Shown in pieces: positions 1 through 9,357 of a stretch of DNA of 64,000 nucleotides. Location: positions 2,391 to 66,390 of the forward strand of contig CAYHFJ010000003.1 in the NCBI GenBank assembly GCA_964355885.1. Direction: 5' to 3'. A program made the position numbers and the translations under genes. Every line of letters starts with the position of its first letter. The first letter of the stretch is position 1. This DNA comes from an uncultured Flavobacteriales bacterium (lineage in GTDB: Bacteria; Bacteroidota; Bacteroidia; AKYH767-A; 2013-40CM-41-45). The notes beneath the pieces were generated by a model. It saw only the letters and a program-made list of their open reading frames with translations. It had not been told where the DNA came from and did no database searches.

Positions 1-2
1 GG

Positions 3-1031
3 ATTGATGGTTTAGCAAGTGATGATGATATGCGAATTGTAAAATTTGGTATCTCCTCCTACAGTTTTATATGGGCAACAAATTGGAATGGCCCTGATGG
101 AAACAGAGATAATGTAGATTTACTCACAGTCGATGCAGTAGGTAATGTCTACGTATCCGGTGAAATTGCTGCCTATGGCAGCATGGGGACAAACGTATCT
201 GTAGCAAAATTCAATGTGTTAGGTTTTTTTCAATGGAAACATCTAGTCACCGGAGGCAGTGGCTCTTCCGGTCAGCATGAAGTTAAACTGCTTGTTGATC
301 CAGCGCAAAATCCGGTATTGGTCGTACACAAATTAGATTTTTACAATGTAAATCCAGCTGCTGAAACTGACAGAATATTGGTGACAAAACTTAATCGCAA
401 TACTGGGGCTGAATTGTTTAAGACTTATCCCAACGATCCTGGGTATAGTAATCCAGGAATTAATGAAGCGCCGGTTTGCGCTTCCCTGGACCAATATGGA
501 AATGTTTATATTGGTGGATATGGTAATAATGGCGGCTTTGCTTCAAATGAAAGAAGATGGACAATAACAAAAGTAGATGGTGTGGATGGCAACCTAAGAT
601 GGGTTGAGGCCGGAAATACAATAAGGACAGAGGAGAATCAGGTAAATGATGTGTATGTTTCATCCGGTGGCGATGTATACCTTGCCATTACTGAAATTTT
701 TACAACACCTGATTTTGAAATCGTAAAATTCTCACAACCGGGTGGTGGCCTCAGACTTGCTTCAATAGCACCTCAGGAACAAATCAGCACAAGCAATGAG
801 GTAAGTATTTATCCAAATCCATCTTCGGACAAATTCACTTTTATGCACCCTTACCCAGGAGAGACAGCGGATGTTCTGATATTCGATTTGACAGGTAAAC
901 TTGTCAGGGAGTATAAAAACACATCTGACTCCTTTGAATTTGGAGAGGATCTTTCAACAGGAATGTATTATGTTACAATCGTCAGCGGACAAGAAAAGAA
1001 GACAATTAAAATTATTAAGGCAAAGGAGTAA
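3..1031 (+). CDS. Secreted beta-propeller repeat (SBBP-like) protein with T9SS C-terminal sorting domain; 5' end cut by the window edge
   Basis: The frame stays open back to nt 3 (IDGLASDDD precedes the listed Met). Recurring blade-like strings VGNVYVSGE, YGNVYIGGYG and GGDVYLAI. The last ~75 aa (VSIYPNPSSDKFTF...GMYYVTIVSGQEKKTIKIIK) fit the T9SS type-A CTD pattern. Confidence 0.7.
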   Translation: MDGLASDDDMRIVKFGISSYSFIWATNWNGPDGNRDNVDLLTVDAVGNVYVSGEIAAYGSMGTNVSVAKFNVLGFFQWKHLVTGGSGSSGQHEVKLLVDPAQNPVLVVHKLDFYNVNPAAETDRILVTKLNRNTGAELFKTYPNDPGYSNPGINEAPVCASLDQYGNVYIGGYGNNGGFASNERRWTITKVDGVDGNLRWVEAGNTIRTEENQVNDVYVSSGGDVYLAITEIFTTPDFEIVKFSQPGGGLRLASIAPQEQISTSNEVSIYPNPSSDKFTFMHPYPGETADVLIFDLTGKLVREYKNTSDSFEFGEDLSTGMYYVTIVSGQEKKTIKIIKAKE

Positions 1032-1051
1032 TTGAAGCCAATAACAAAGTC

Positions 1052-1087
1052 AAAAAAGCATCGGTTTGTGAACCGATGCTTTTTTTA
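1052..1087 (+). terminator. Rho-independent terminator after the first CDS
   Basis: Stem gcatcggtt (1058-1066), loop tgtg, stem aaccgatgc (1071-1079), then a T7 run. An A-run upstream makes it potentially bidirectional. Confidence 0.6.
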
Positions 1088-1597
1088 TAAACAATCCTGA
1101 AGATTTCCCTCTTAGCTTAGACACAAAAAAACTTTTCAACCAATCCATCTGATCTTTTAGGAATACCTATTCAGAATTCAGAAACCATTAAGAATCTGTC
1201 AGAAAAGAATTACTCCCTAACTTACCCCGCGAAGGTTCATATTTCAAATTCTCTTCCAACCAATATTAGATTTTTTTGCCTTGGGATAATACGATTAAGG
1301 CAATAAGAAAATGACAAAATTCATGTTTCTGATTACGTTATCATAAAAAGTAATTATGCTAAAAGTGATAACTTCGACAAAAGTTGTTCACAAAATCATT
1401 CTAAATAATCAGAAATCAAATGTGTCCGGCAATAATTATACGAAAACGTATAAATTGGGTGTCACCCTAAAATCCCGATCTCAAAAATATTCTTATTCCT
1501 TGAATATTTTTCAAAAACCATAGAAAATTCCGGGATAAAAGGGTGAACAATTAAGTACAAAAAAGCAACCAAGTGCAACTAAAAAAGAAAGCAGTCC

Positions 1598-2761
1598 ATG
1601 AATAAACTGGAAGAAATAATCGATCACGCAAAGGAATTGTCATTTGATCTTAACTTTTCCTATGCAAAAAAATGGAAAAAAGAAGCCGCTGACAGAATTC
1701 TGGTAGGCTATCTGCCTATTTATATTCCAAGGGAAATTATACATGCCGCGAACGGACTGGGAGTAGGTACGTTTGGAGCCGGTGACCATAAGCAAATTAT
1801 TAAAGGTGATGCCTATTACCAATCCTATATATGCCATCTGCCACGCGGAATTATCGAAATGGCCTTAGATAAAAGCTTTGATGAATTTGATGGCTTTTTA
1901 TTTCCGGCTATTTGCGATTGCGTCCGCAACCTTTCGGGAATGTTCAAATTAATAAAAAAGGGGAAATTCAATCGTTACTTTGATTATCCTCAAAATTTCA
2001 ACTATAAGATAGGTGGCACATTTTATAGAGAAATGTTAGAAATAATTATAAAAGATATGCACGCCATAAATGGTGTGAAGGTTACAACACAGAAACTCAA
2101 TCATGCCATTTCCCTATTTAACACTAACAGGCAGCTCATAGAAAAATTATACGATCAGCGGCAAAAGTATCCATGGCGTATATCCGCTGCCGATTTATAT
2201 CTTATTATTCGCGCCGGAATGGTAATTCCTGTTGAGAAACATAATCAAATTCTTATAGATACACTGGATCAGTTGCAGCTGGATTTAGGAGAGCCTCTGG
2301 ATAATATCCGTGTTATTCTCAGCGGATCATTTTGTGAACAACCTCCAATCGGACTAATCAAATCAATTGAAATGGCCGGATGTTTTATCGTGGATGATGA
2401 TTTTATGCTTGGTTCACGATGGATTCAGGGAGATATCAATGATCAATCAAAAGATCCACTCGATGAACTTGTGAAAGCTTTTTTATACCAAAGCGTGGCT
2501 TCATCCGCATTATATGACATAGTAAACCCGAAAGCGGAAAAATTAATAAATAAGGTAAAATCCAGAAACGCTGATGGGGTAATCTTTTGTGCGGCGAGTT
2601 TTTGTGATCCGGCTTTACTGGATAGACCAACACTTCAAAAAGCCTGTGATGAAGCAAATATAAACCACATTAATTTTCAGTTCCATGAAAATACAGGACA
2701 ATTTAAAGTCATTAAAGAACAAGCCGGCACCTTTGCTGATTCTATAAAACTATGGGTATAA
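1598..2761 (+). CDS. bcrC: Benzoyl-CoA reductase gamma-like subunit (HGD-D family, BcrC/BadD-like)
   Basis: 387 aa. HGD-D-type Cys-containing segments (YICHLPRG, AICDCVRN, GSFCEQPP, AASFCDPA). First gene of a four-gene set with lengths 387/438/481/279 aa and an order that mirrors BcrC-B-A-D (as I recall about 386/434/438/282 aa in Thauera). Confidence 0.6.
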   Translation: MNKLEEIIDHAKELSFDLNFSYAKKWKKEAADRILVGYLPIYIPREIIHAANGLGVGTFGAGDHKQIIKGDAYYQSYICHLPRGIIEMALDKSFDEFDGFLFPAICDCVRNLSGMFKLIKKGKFNRYFDYPQNFNYKIGGTFYREMLEIIIKDMHAINGVKVTTQKLNHAISLFNTNRQLIEKLYDQRQKYPWRISAADLYLIIRAGMVIPVEKHNQILIDTLDQLQLDLGEPLDNIRVILSGSFCEQPPIGLIKSIEMAGCFIVDDDFMLGSRWIQGDINDQSKDPLDELVKAFLYQSVASSALYDIVNPKAEKLINKVKSRNADGVIFCAASFCDPALLDRPTLQKACDEANINHINFQFHENTGQFKVIKEQAGTFADSIKLWV

Positions 2762-4068
2762 ACAAAGCTATGAGCAATCCTAAAGAAGCAATTAAAGAAA
2801 AAAGCATGATCATTCAAAAACAGATGCTAAGCAATCTGTTTAAAGAATTAGGTACTGCAAAAGAAACAGGGAAAAAAGTCGTCTATACTTTTGTTCCCGG
2901 AAATCTTACAGAAATAATTCTTGCTCTTGATCTCCTGCCCGTGTATCCTGAAATCAATGCCTTGCAATCAGGCATGAGAAAACAATCGGGGACGTTTATT
3001 AAAGATGCCGAAAAATATGGACATTCCGAAGATGTCTGCACCTATGTAAAATGCGATATCGGCATGATGCTCAATGGAAATATCGGGCCTACCGGAGAAA
3101 AGATTCCCGAACCCGACATTTTATTATTGAGCTATACAGGTTGTTTCACATTTATGAAATGGTTTGAAAACCTGGAAAAAATTTATCCGAATGCTGAAAT
3201 CATCATGCTTCATACGCCATATCAGGAGAACGGAGAAATTACGGATGATATGGTGGAATACATGACAAAGCAATTAAAAAACGACGTGATTCCAAGAATG
3301 GAAAAAGTGGCCGGAAAAAAACTGGATTATAAAAAACTATCCAAAATATTATCCAATTCAGCAAAAGCGGAAGATTACTGGGTCAAAGTACTAGAATCCG
3401 CGAAGCATACACCCTCACCTATTGATTCATATTTCGCAGGAGTGTATTATATGGGTCCTATTTTCTCCGCATTCAGAGGCACAGAAGAAGCCGTTGAGTA
3501 CTACAAGGAACTGCTCTCTGAGGTGGAAGACAGGATTGAAAAAGGGCTGGGACCGGTCACGCCGGAAGGTGAAATGAAAGAAGAAAAATTCAGGCTGGTA
3601 GTGGAAGGGCCTCCAAACTGGACCAACTTCCGGGAGTTCTGGAAAATATTTTATGATATGGGAGCAGTCATCGTCGCGTCGACTTATACAAAGGTTGGCG
3701 GTGTCTATGATCAGGGATTTCGTCATGACCCGGATCATCCATTGGAAACCATGTCAAGATATTGCATGGGATGTTACACTAATTTAAATCTGCCACAACG
3801 AGTGGACTTGATCGAAAAGTATATAAAAGAATATAAAGCAGACGGCTTCCTTATCAATTCAATTAAGAGTTGCAATTCATTCTCAGCAGGACAGTTGTTG
3901 ATGATGCGGGAAATTGAACAAAGGCTGAGTGTTCCTGTAGGATTCATTGAATCAGATCTTGTAGATCCCAGATATTTCTCCTATGCAAACATTAAGAACA
4001 GACTTGAATCATATTTTCAAATGCTGGAGCAAAGAAAATTAATTATGTCACAAGAAATTATAAAATAA
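2752..4068 (+). CDS. bcrB: Benzoyl-CoA reductase beta-like subunit (HGD-D family, BcrB/BadE-like)
   Basis: 438 aa. HGD-D-like segments VVYTFVPGNLTEIILALDLLPVYPE, DVCTYVKCD, YTGCFTFMKW and IKSCNSFS. Overlaps the upstream stop by 10 nt; an alternative in-frame ATG lies at 2770. Confidence 0.6.
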   Translation: MGINKAMSNPKEAIKEKSMIIQKQMLSNLFKELGTAKETGKKVVYTFVPGNLTEIILALDLLPVYPEINALQSGMRKQSGTFIKDAEKYGHSEDVCTYVKCDIGMMLNGNIGPTGEKIPEPDILLLSYTGCFTFMKWFENLEKIYPNAEIIMLHTPYQENGEITDDMVEYMTKQLKNDVIPRMEKVAGKKLDYKKLSKILSNSAKAEDYWVKVLESAKHTPSPIDSYFAGVYYMGPIFSAFRGTEEAVEYYKELLSEVEDRIEKGLGPVTPEGEMKEEKFRLVVEGPPNWTNFREFWKIFYDMGAVIVASTYTKVGGVYDQGFRHDPDHPLETMSRYCMGCYTNLNLPQRVDLIEKYIKEYKADGFLINSIKSCNSFSAGQLLMMREIEQRLSVPVGFIESDLVDPRYFSYANIKNRLESYFQMLEQRKLIMSQEIIK

Positions 4069-4084
4069 TTCATAAACTGAAGAC

Positions 4085-5530
4085 ATGCAGAAGTATTATC
4101 TCGGAGTTGATTTAGGTTCGACAACATCCAAAGCTGTAATCATCAATGACAAAGATGAAATTATTGGTCGTGGAATCACGAACACCCGTGCCAATTATAA
4201 TGTAGCCGCCGACATTGCACGAATGGAGGCTATATATAATGCCCGATTTTCCATACTCAAAAAAAAGCTTGACACTGAAATCCAACAGAAACCTGAGTAT
4301 AGAAAATACATTTCGGATCTGGAAAATGTATTTCAATACGAACAATTCAAGGTGAGACTGGACAATCTGGGAGAAAAACTGATTACTACCTGTGAAAGTT
4401 TTTTCAAAGACGAAGAAACGAGGTCAAAGATGGTTGAGCAACTAAGGAATATCAGAAGGGCTTTCAAACCCAAAATTAAATACGAATATTTATATAAAAA
4501 TCTTAGTGATAAAAATCAATTCTTCAGAGATATTGTATCGGAAAGATACAATGAAGAAGTCAATAAACTTGACTCAAGTTTTTTTGAACCCTTGATGACG
4601 GTATGGGACAAAAGTATTACACCTGCAGAAAACGAAATTATAAATTTTGATTTCAAGGCTTTGGTACATATGGCCATGAACGTCTTGAAAGAAAAATATG
4701 ACAATCTTCCTGATTTGCCACAGAATACAAAGATTGTAGATGATGATGATTTTGATGTTGAATTATATTTGCTCAAAGGTGAGTTCGATCATGTTTCCAG
4801 TTCACTCCGAACTCATGTGGATGAAATCACCGACATAGAATTTCAAATTGAAAACATGACAGGAACAGGCTATGGCAGGGCACTGTTGCCATTTCCGGCC
4901 GATTGTATCCGATCAGAAATCCTTTGTCATGCATTTGGTGCTCATGCCTTTTTCCCGAATACCAGAACGGTACTGGACATTGGTGGTCAGGATACAAAAG
5001 CCATTCAGGTGGATCAATACGGCCTGGTTACCAGTTTTCAAATGAACGACAGATGTGCCGCCGGTTGCGGAAGATATCTGGGTTATATAGCTGATGAGAT
5101 GAGTATATCATTGAATGAACTGGGACCTTTAGCTATGAAAGCGGAAAAAGAAGTAACCATCTGTTCTACCTGCACTGTTTTTGCCGGAGCGGAATTGAGG
5201 GAATTGACAAATCTTGGAGAGAAACGGGAAGATATTCTTGGTGGGCTACATAAAGCAATTGTCATGCGTGCGATGTCTTTGCTCGCACGTTCAGGAGGTG
5301 TGTTCAATGAATTTACATTTACGGGTGGGGTGGCACGAAATCTATCAGTTGTAAAGCATCTTACAGATCTGGTAAAAGAAAATTACGGCGATAAAATTAA
5401 AATCAATATTCATACTGACTCCATATTTATGGGAGCCATGGGTGGGGCTATGTTCGCCAGAAGAAACATGCAAGCCATTGTACCTTCCAACAAACAAAAT
5501 TCCGTTCAAGAAAAACCGGCAACCGCCTAA
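4085..5530 (+). CDS. bcrA: Benzoyl-CoA reductase alpha-like ATPase subunit (BcrAD_BadFG/ASKHA family, long form)
   Basis: 481 aa. N-terminal phosphate loop YYLGVDLGSTTSKAVI, DIGGQDTKAI, and a cluster-ligand Cys pair in NDRCAAGCGRYLG and CSTCTVFAGAE. A ~200-aa insertion after the first loop makes it the large ATPase partner. Confidence 0.65.
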   Translation: MQKYYLGVDLGSTTSKAVIINDKDEIIGRGITNTRANYNVAADIARMEAIYNARFSILKKKLDTEIQQKPEYRKYISDLENVFQYEQFKVRLDNLGEKLITTCESFFKDEETRSKMVEQLRNIRRAFKPKIKYEYLYKNLSDKNQFFRDIVSERYNEEVNKLDSSFFEPLMTVWDKSITPAENEIINFDFKALVHMAMNVLKEKYDNLPDLPQNTKIVDDDDFDVELYLLKGEFDHVSSSLRTHVDEITDIEFQIENMTGTGYGRALLPFPADCIRSEILCHAFGAHAFFPNTRTVLDIGGQDTKAIQVDQYGLVTSFQMNDRCAAGCGRYLGYIADEMSISLNELGPLAMKAEKEVTICSTCTVFAGAELRELTNLGEKREDILGGLHKAIVMRAMSLLARSGGVFNEFTFTGGVARNLSVVKHLTDLVKENYGDKIKINIHTDSIFMGAMGGAMFARRNMQAIVPSNKQNSVQEKPATA

Positions 5531-5548
5531 ACCATCAAAGTTGAGACT

Positions 5549-6388
5549 ATGGAAACTATTTTAACAATGGGTATCGATGTTGGAAGTAATTTCATCAAAC
5601 TAATTTTAATGAAATATTCCGATGAGCCGGAAATTCTGGACAAGCAAACTGAAAAGATCAGAAAGCGTGACCCCATCTTTGTTGCTGATGAGATGGTACA
5701 AACCATGCTTACCAAGCATAAATTAAAATATAATGATATAGCCTATCTCGCTTCAACGGGAGAAGGTGATTTAGTCAAAAAAAAACGTGGGCATTTTTAT
5801 GGAATGACCACTCACGCGAAAGGTGCTCACTTTCTGTTTCCCGAAGCAAGAACAGTCGTAGATATGGGCGCACTATTTGTCCGGGCTATAAAAGTTGGGA
5901 GTGATGCACGTGTGCTTGATTATAAAATGACAGGGCAATGCGCTTCCGGTTCAGGGCAGTTTCTGGAAAACATATCGAGGTATCTTGGATTATCAATTGA
6001 AGAAGTTGGAGAGGTATCCATCAGTTCGGACAACCCGGAGGTATCATCAGGCATTTGTGCTGTTCTGGCAGAGACTGATGTCATTAATATGGTATCCAGA
6101 GGAGTTAGCACTCCGAACATCATAAAAGGTATTCATCTTTCCATCGCATCAAGAATTGTCAAGCTGTTAAGTTCACTCAAATCAGATTCTCCTATCATTT
6201 TAACCGGAGGAATGGCCTTGAATACCGGGATGATTCAAGCTCTCAATGAAAACATTCAGGAAAGCAGTAAGAAGTTTGAAATTAAAGCTTCTCCGGATTC
6301 CATTTATGCAGGTGCTATTGGCGCGGCGATATGGGGTGGTTACCGTCATTACAAACTAATAGAAAAAGCCGAAGTAGGGAACCAATAA
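5549..6388 (+). CDS. bcrD: Benzoyl-CoA reductase delta-like ATPase subunit (BcrAD_BadFG/ASKHA family, short form)
   Basis: 279 aa. Motifs MGIDVGSNFIKLIL, MTGQCASGSGQFLE, SSGICAVLAETDVI and LTGGMALN. A second, non-identical ATPase directly after the first, as expected for the heterodimeric BCR electron-activating module. Confidence 0.65.
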   Translation: METILTMGIDVGSNFIKLILMKYSDEPEILDKQTEKIRKRDPIFVADEMVQTMLTKHKLKYNDIAYLASTGEGDLVKKKRGHFYGMTTHAKGAHFLFPEARTVVDMGALFVRAIKVGSDARVLDYKMTGQCASGSGQFLENISRYLGLSIEEVGEVSISSDNPEVSSGICAVLAETDVINMVSRGVSTPNIIKGIHLSIASRIVKLLSSLKSDSPIILTGGMALNTGMIQALNENIQESSKKFEIKASPDSIYAGAIGAAIWGGYRHYKLIEKAEVGNQ

Positions 6389-6395
6389 TTGACAA

Positions 6396-8132
6396 ATGAA
6401 CATACTTCAATCCAGTCAGAAATTAAGCAGCACTTTCCCGAATATTGCAAGCCTATTGAAAACTAATACACAGCGGTTTTCCAATAGAATAGTTTATCAG
6501 GAAAAGGTCAAAGAAAATTATGAAGGCATCAGCTGGACAGATATTTACAATGACATTCTGAATATCGCCGGTAATCTTAAACAACTGGGTTTTTCAAAAG
6601 GTGATAAAATGGTTTTTTATTCACCCAACAGAAAGGAGATGCTCGAACTGGAATTGGCGGTGATGTCCATAGGCGGTATTGCGGTTCCTATCTACGCATG
6701 GTTTTCGCAAGAAACCGCTGAACTTTTAATCCGACACTCTGAAGCGAAATACCTGGCGGTATCAGGAGAATATCAACTACGAAATCTTTCATCAAACCTA
6801 GGTTTAAATAAAATCATTGTTTTTGATCCAATCGAAAGTTACCCGGGTTTAGGAAGGCTGGAGCTTTTCACTCATCTCCTGGAAGAAAGAAGCGATTCTT
6901 CTATTTCACTCGACATTCATGCATCCCCCGATGACAATTGCCTGAACATGTATACCTCCGGTACCATGGGCATTCCTAAATGTGTACAATTGTCACACAA
7001 AAATATACTATCCCAACAAGCCGGTTTGGATGCACTTGGCTGGTGGAATATCAATGAGAATGATCGATTTCTATCCTATTTACCATGGCATCACAGCTTC
7101 GGAGGGATATTTGAGTTATTCAATGCTCTTTCTCATGGAGCGACCTATTCACTGGAATCAAGCTATGGAAAGAATGTAAATAGCATTATTGAAAACTGGA
7201 AAATCATTCAACCTACTGTTTTTTTTAGTGTACCCAAAATTTATCAAGCTCTTTTCGAAATATTAAAAGAAAACCCTGAGGTAGAAGCACAGTTTTTTCA
7301 TCCCGATTTAAAATTTGTTTTTACTGCAGCGGCAACCTTACCTGAAAGTTTAACTAAAGAATTTGAAAAAAGAAATATTCCAGTAATAGAAGGATGGGGT
7401 CTTACGGAAACATCTCCTTGTTGCACGCTCACTCATCCAGGAATAAAAAGATCAAAAGGTATTGTTGGTAAACCCATTCCCGGGGTGAGTATCCGGATCT
7501 CTGACGACAATGAGATACAGGTTATGGGACCTAACGTAATGAAAGGTTATTTTAAAAATGACGAAGCCAATAAAAATATTTTTACAGAAGATGGATGGTT
7601 CAGAACAGGTGATATTGGAGAAATTACGGATGAAGGAATAAAATTAATTACCCGTAAAGATCGCATTTTCAAACTATCCAATGGAGAGAAAGTTATAGCC
7701 ACAGAGATGGAAGCACTTATCATGGCAAAATGCCATTACATTTCTTTTGCTATTGTATCAGGCAGCGGAGAGGAATATCCAGTGGCCATATTATTTCCCA
7801 ATAAAAAATTGTTACAAAACCCAACCTATGAAATCTCGCCGGTTGAAGGATGTTTTTGCCCAAGAAATCTTGCGGAGTTGGGCAAATGCTTACATGGTTG
7901 TCTTCATGACGCCAATTGTGGTATAGGGCAAAAATTCTCAAAAATAAAATCAGCGATTATCATTGATGATGAATTAAGCATTGAAAATAGTACGTTGACG
8001 CCATCCATGAAAGTGGCTCCTAATAATGTAATGAATATTTATAAGGCACATCTGGAAAATTTACATGGCGAAAAAAATGAATTAAAAGAAGAAGTTTTCA
8101 TCATCCGTTTAGACACCGCCAAAACAAGATGA
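6396..8132 (+). CDS. AMP-forming acyl-CoA ligase (ANL superfamily, long-chain/ACSL-like architecture)
   Basis: 578 aa. Motifs YTSGTMGIPKCVQLSHKN, GWGLTETS, TGDIGEITDEGIKLITRKDRIFKLSNGEKV and C-terminal LTPSMKV. Confidence 0.8.
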   Translation: MNILQSSQKLSSTFPNIASLLKTNTQRFSNRIVYQEKVKENYEGISWTDIYNDILNIAGNLKQLGFSKGDKMVFYSPNRKEMLELELAVMSIGGIAVPIYAWFSQETAELLIRHSEAKYLAVSGEYQLRNLSSNLGLNKIIVFDPIESYPGLGRLELFTHLLEERSDSSISLDIHASPDDNCLNMYTSGTMGIPKCVQLSHKNILSQQAGLDALGWWNINENDRFLSYLPWHHSFGGIFELFNALSHGATYSLESSYGKNVNSIIENWKIIQPTVFFSVPKIYQALFEILKENPEVEAQFFHPDLKFVFTAAATLPESLTKEFEKRNIPVIEGWGLTETSPCCTLTHPGIKRSKGIVGKPIPGVSIRISDDNEIQVMGPNVMKGYFKNDEANKNIFTEDGWFRTGDIGEITDEGIKLITRKDRIFKLSNGEKVIATEMEALIMAKCHYISFAIVSGSGEEYPVAILFPNKKLLQNPTYEISPVEGCFCPRNLAELGKCLHGCLHDANCGIGQKFSKIKSAIIIDDELSIENSTLTPSMKVAPNNVMNIYKAHLENLHGEKNELKEEVFIIRLDTAKTR

Positions 8133-8133
8133 T

Positions 8134-9357
8134 ATGTTTGAAATAAAATGCAAAGAGAAGTTAAAGATATTGATGGACGGCTACTTCCAGTCATTCCTAA
8201 CAAAGGAAAAACCGGTAGCATGGTGTACCAGTGTGGGTCCGGCAGAGTTACTACGTTCTTTTGGATTCGAAGTTTATTTTCCGGAAAATCATGGTGCACT
8301 TTTAGGGTCCACCAGAACCGCGATGGATTTCATCCCAGCCTCAATCAAAAATGGTTATTCCAATCATATATGCTCCTACACTACAAGTGATATTGGAGCA
8401 TTCCTGTCTGGAAAGACTCCACTGGAAAAACACTATGGCCTATCTGCTGTTCCAACACCGGATTTGATCGTGTACAATACGAATCAATGCCGGGAGGTAG
8501 AAGACTGGTTTACCTTTTACGCGACACAATTTAATTGTCCTATTGCAGGAATTCATCCGCCAAGACATCTTAATGAGGTAAATCAAGATGTAATTGATTT
8601 AGTTGTGAAACAATTCAAATCAATTATTCCAATTTGCGAAAAAACTTCAGGAAATGAATTTGATATCGATCAATTCAGGGAGGTTCTGAGAATTAGCAAG
8701 GAAGCGACCTTGCTATGGAAAAAAGTATTAGAAACAGCAAGAGTGAGTCCGGCACCTATTTCATTCTTTGACGGCGTGATACATATGGGTCCTATCGTCG
8801 TTTTGAGAGGGCGGCAGGACGCTTACGATTATTATGCAGAGCTTCTTGCAGAATTGACGGAGTACAACAAAAACAAACAAGGATTTCTTGAAAAAGAAAA
8901 TAGTCGCATATTTTGGGAAGGAATGCCGATTTGGGGCAAACTAAGGATGATGTCGGATTTATTCAAAGAAAACAATGCCGCGGTAGTTGCCTCGACCTAT
9001 TGCAACAGTTGGATATTTGATGACTTTGACGAAAGGCAACCCTTTGAAAGCTCCGCACTGGCTTATACCCAATTATTTATCAACCGTAGCGAAAGTGTGA
9101 AAATGGAAATGCTGAAAAAATGGGTAGATGATTATCGTATTGATGGAATAGTCTTTCATGATACAAAGACCTGCTTTAATAATTCCAATGCCAAATTCGG
9201 AATGCCATTAAGAATAAAGGAAAAATATAAAATACCAACTTTGGTAATCGAAGGAGACCTTTGTGATTTACGATTTTTCTCCGAAGGACAAAGTATTACA
9301 AAAATCGAAACATTCCTTGAACAGATAGATGCAAAGAAACATACGGTTCAACAATGA
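8134..9357 (+). CDS. Orphan single HGD-D family protein (2-hydroxyacyl-CoA dehydratase / YjiM / double-cubane-cluster-protein-like)
   Basis: 407 aa. Family-typical segments PVAWCTSVGPAELLRSFGFEVYFPENH, NHICSYTTSD, NTNQCREV, ASTYCNSW and HDTKTCFNNS. The start lies 1 nt after the ligase stop, and its own stop overlaps the next start (ATGA). No second HGD-D partner gene is adjacent. Confidence 0.65.
   Translation: MFEIKCKEKLKILMDGYFQSFLTKEKPVAWCTSVGPAELLRSFGFEVYFPENHGALLGSTRTAMDFIPASIKNGYSNHICSYTTSDIGAFLSGKTPLEKHYGLSAVPTPDLIVYNTNQCREVEDWFTFYATQFNCPIAGIHPPRHLNEVNQDVIDLVVKQFKSIIPICEKTSGNEFDIDQFREVLRISKEATLLWKKVLETARVSPAPISFFDGVIHMGPIVVLRGRQDAYDYYAELLAELTEYNKNKQGFLEKENSRIFWEGMPIWGKLRMMSDLFKENNAAVVASTYCNSWIFDDFDERQPFESSALAYTQLFINRSESVKMEMLKKWVDDYRIDGIVFHDTKTCFNNSNAKFGMPLRIKEKYKIPTLVIEGDLCDLRFFSEGQSITKIETFLEQIDAKKHTVQQ

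Noticed and set aside
1356-1523. A ~55-codon Lys-rich ORF (MLKVITSTKVVHKIILNNQK...) in the long leader upstream of the reductase genes, plus an 11-codon ORF starting near 1312-1314.
   Set aside because: No recognisable motif. The composition is what AT-rich non-coding DNA produces by chance. There is no way to assess conservation here.
1598-6388. An alternative reading as a 2-hydroxyglutaryl-CoA (or similar) dehydratase with its activator, which is common in anaerobic Bacteroidota.
   Set aside because: Dehydratase systems have one activator gene. Here two different ATPase genes (481 and 279 aa) follow the two HGD-D genes in bcrCBAD order, and Dch, Had and Oah homologues lie in the same operon. 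It is kept as the stated refutation test rather than excluded outright.
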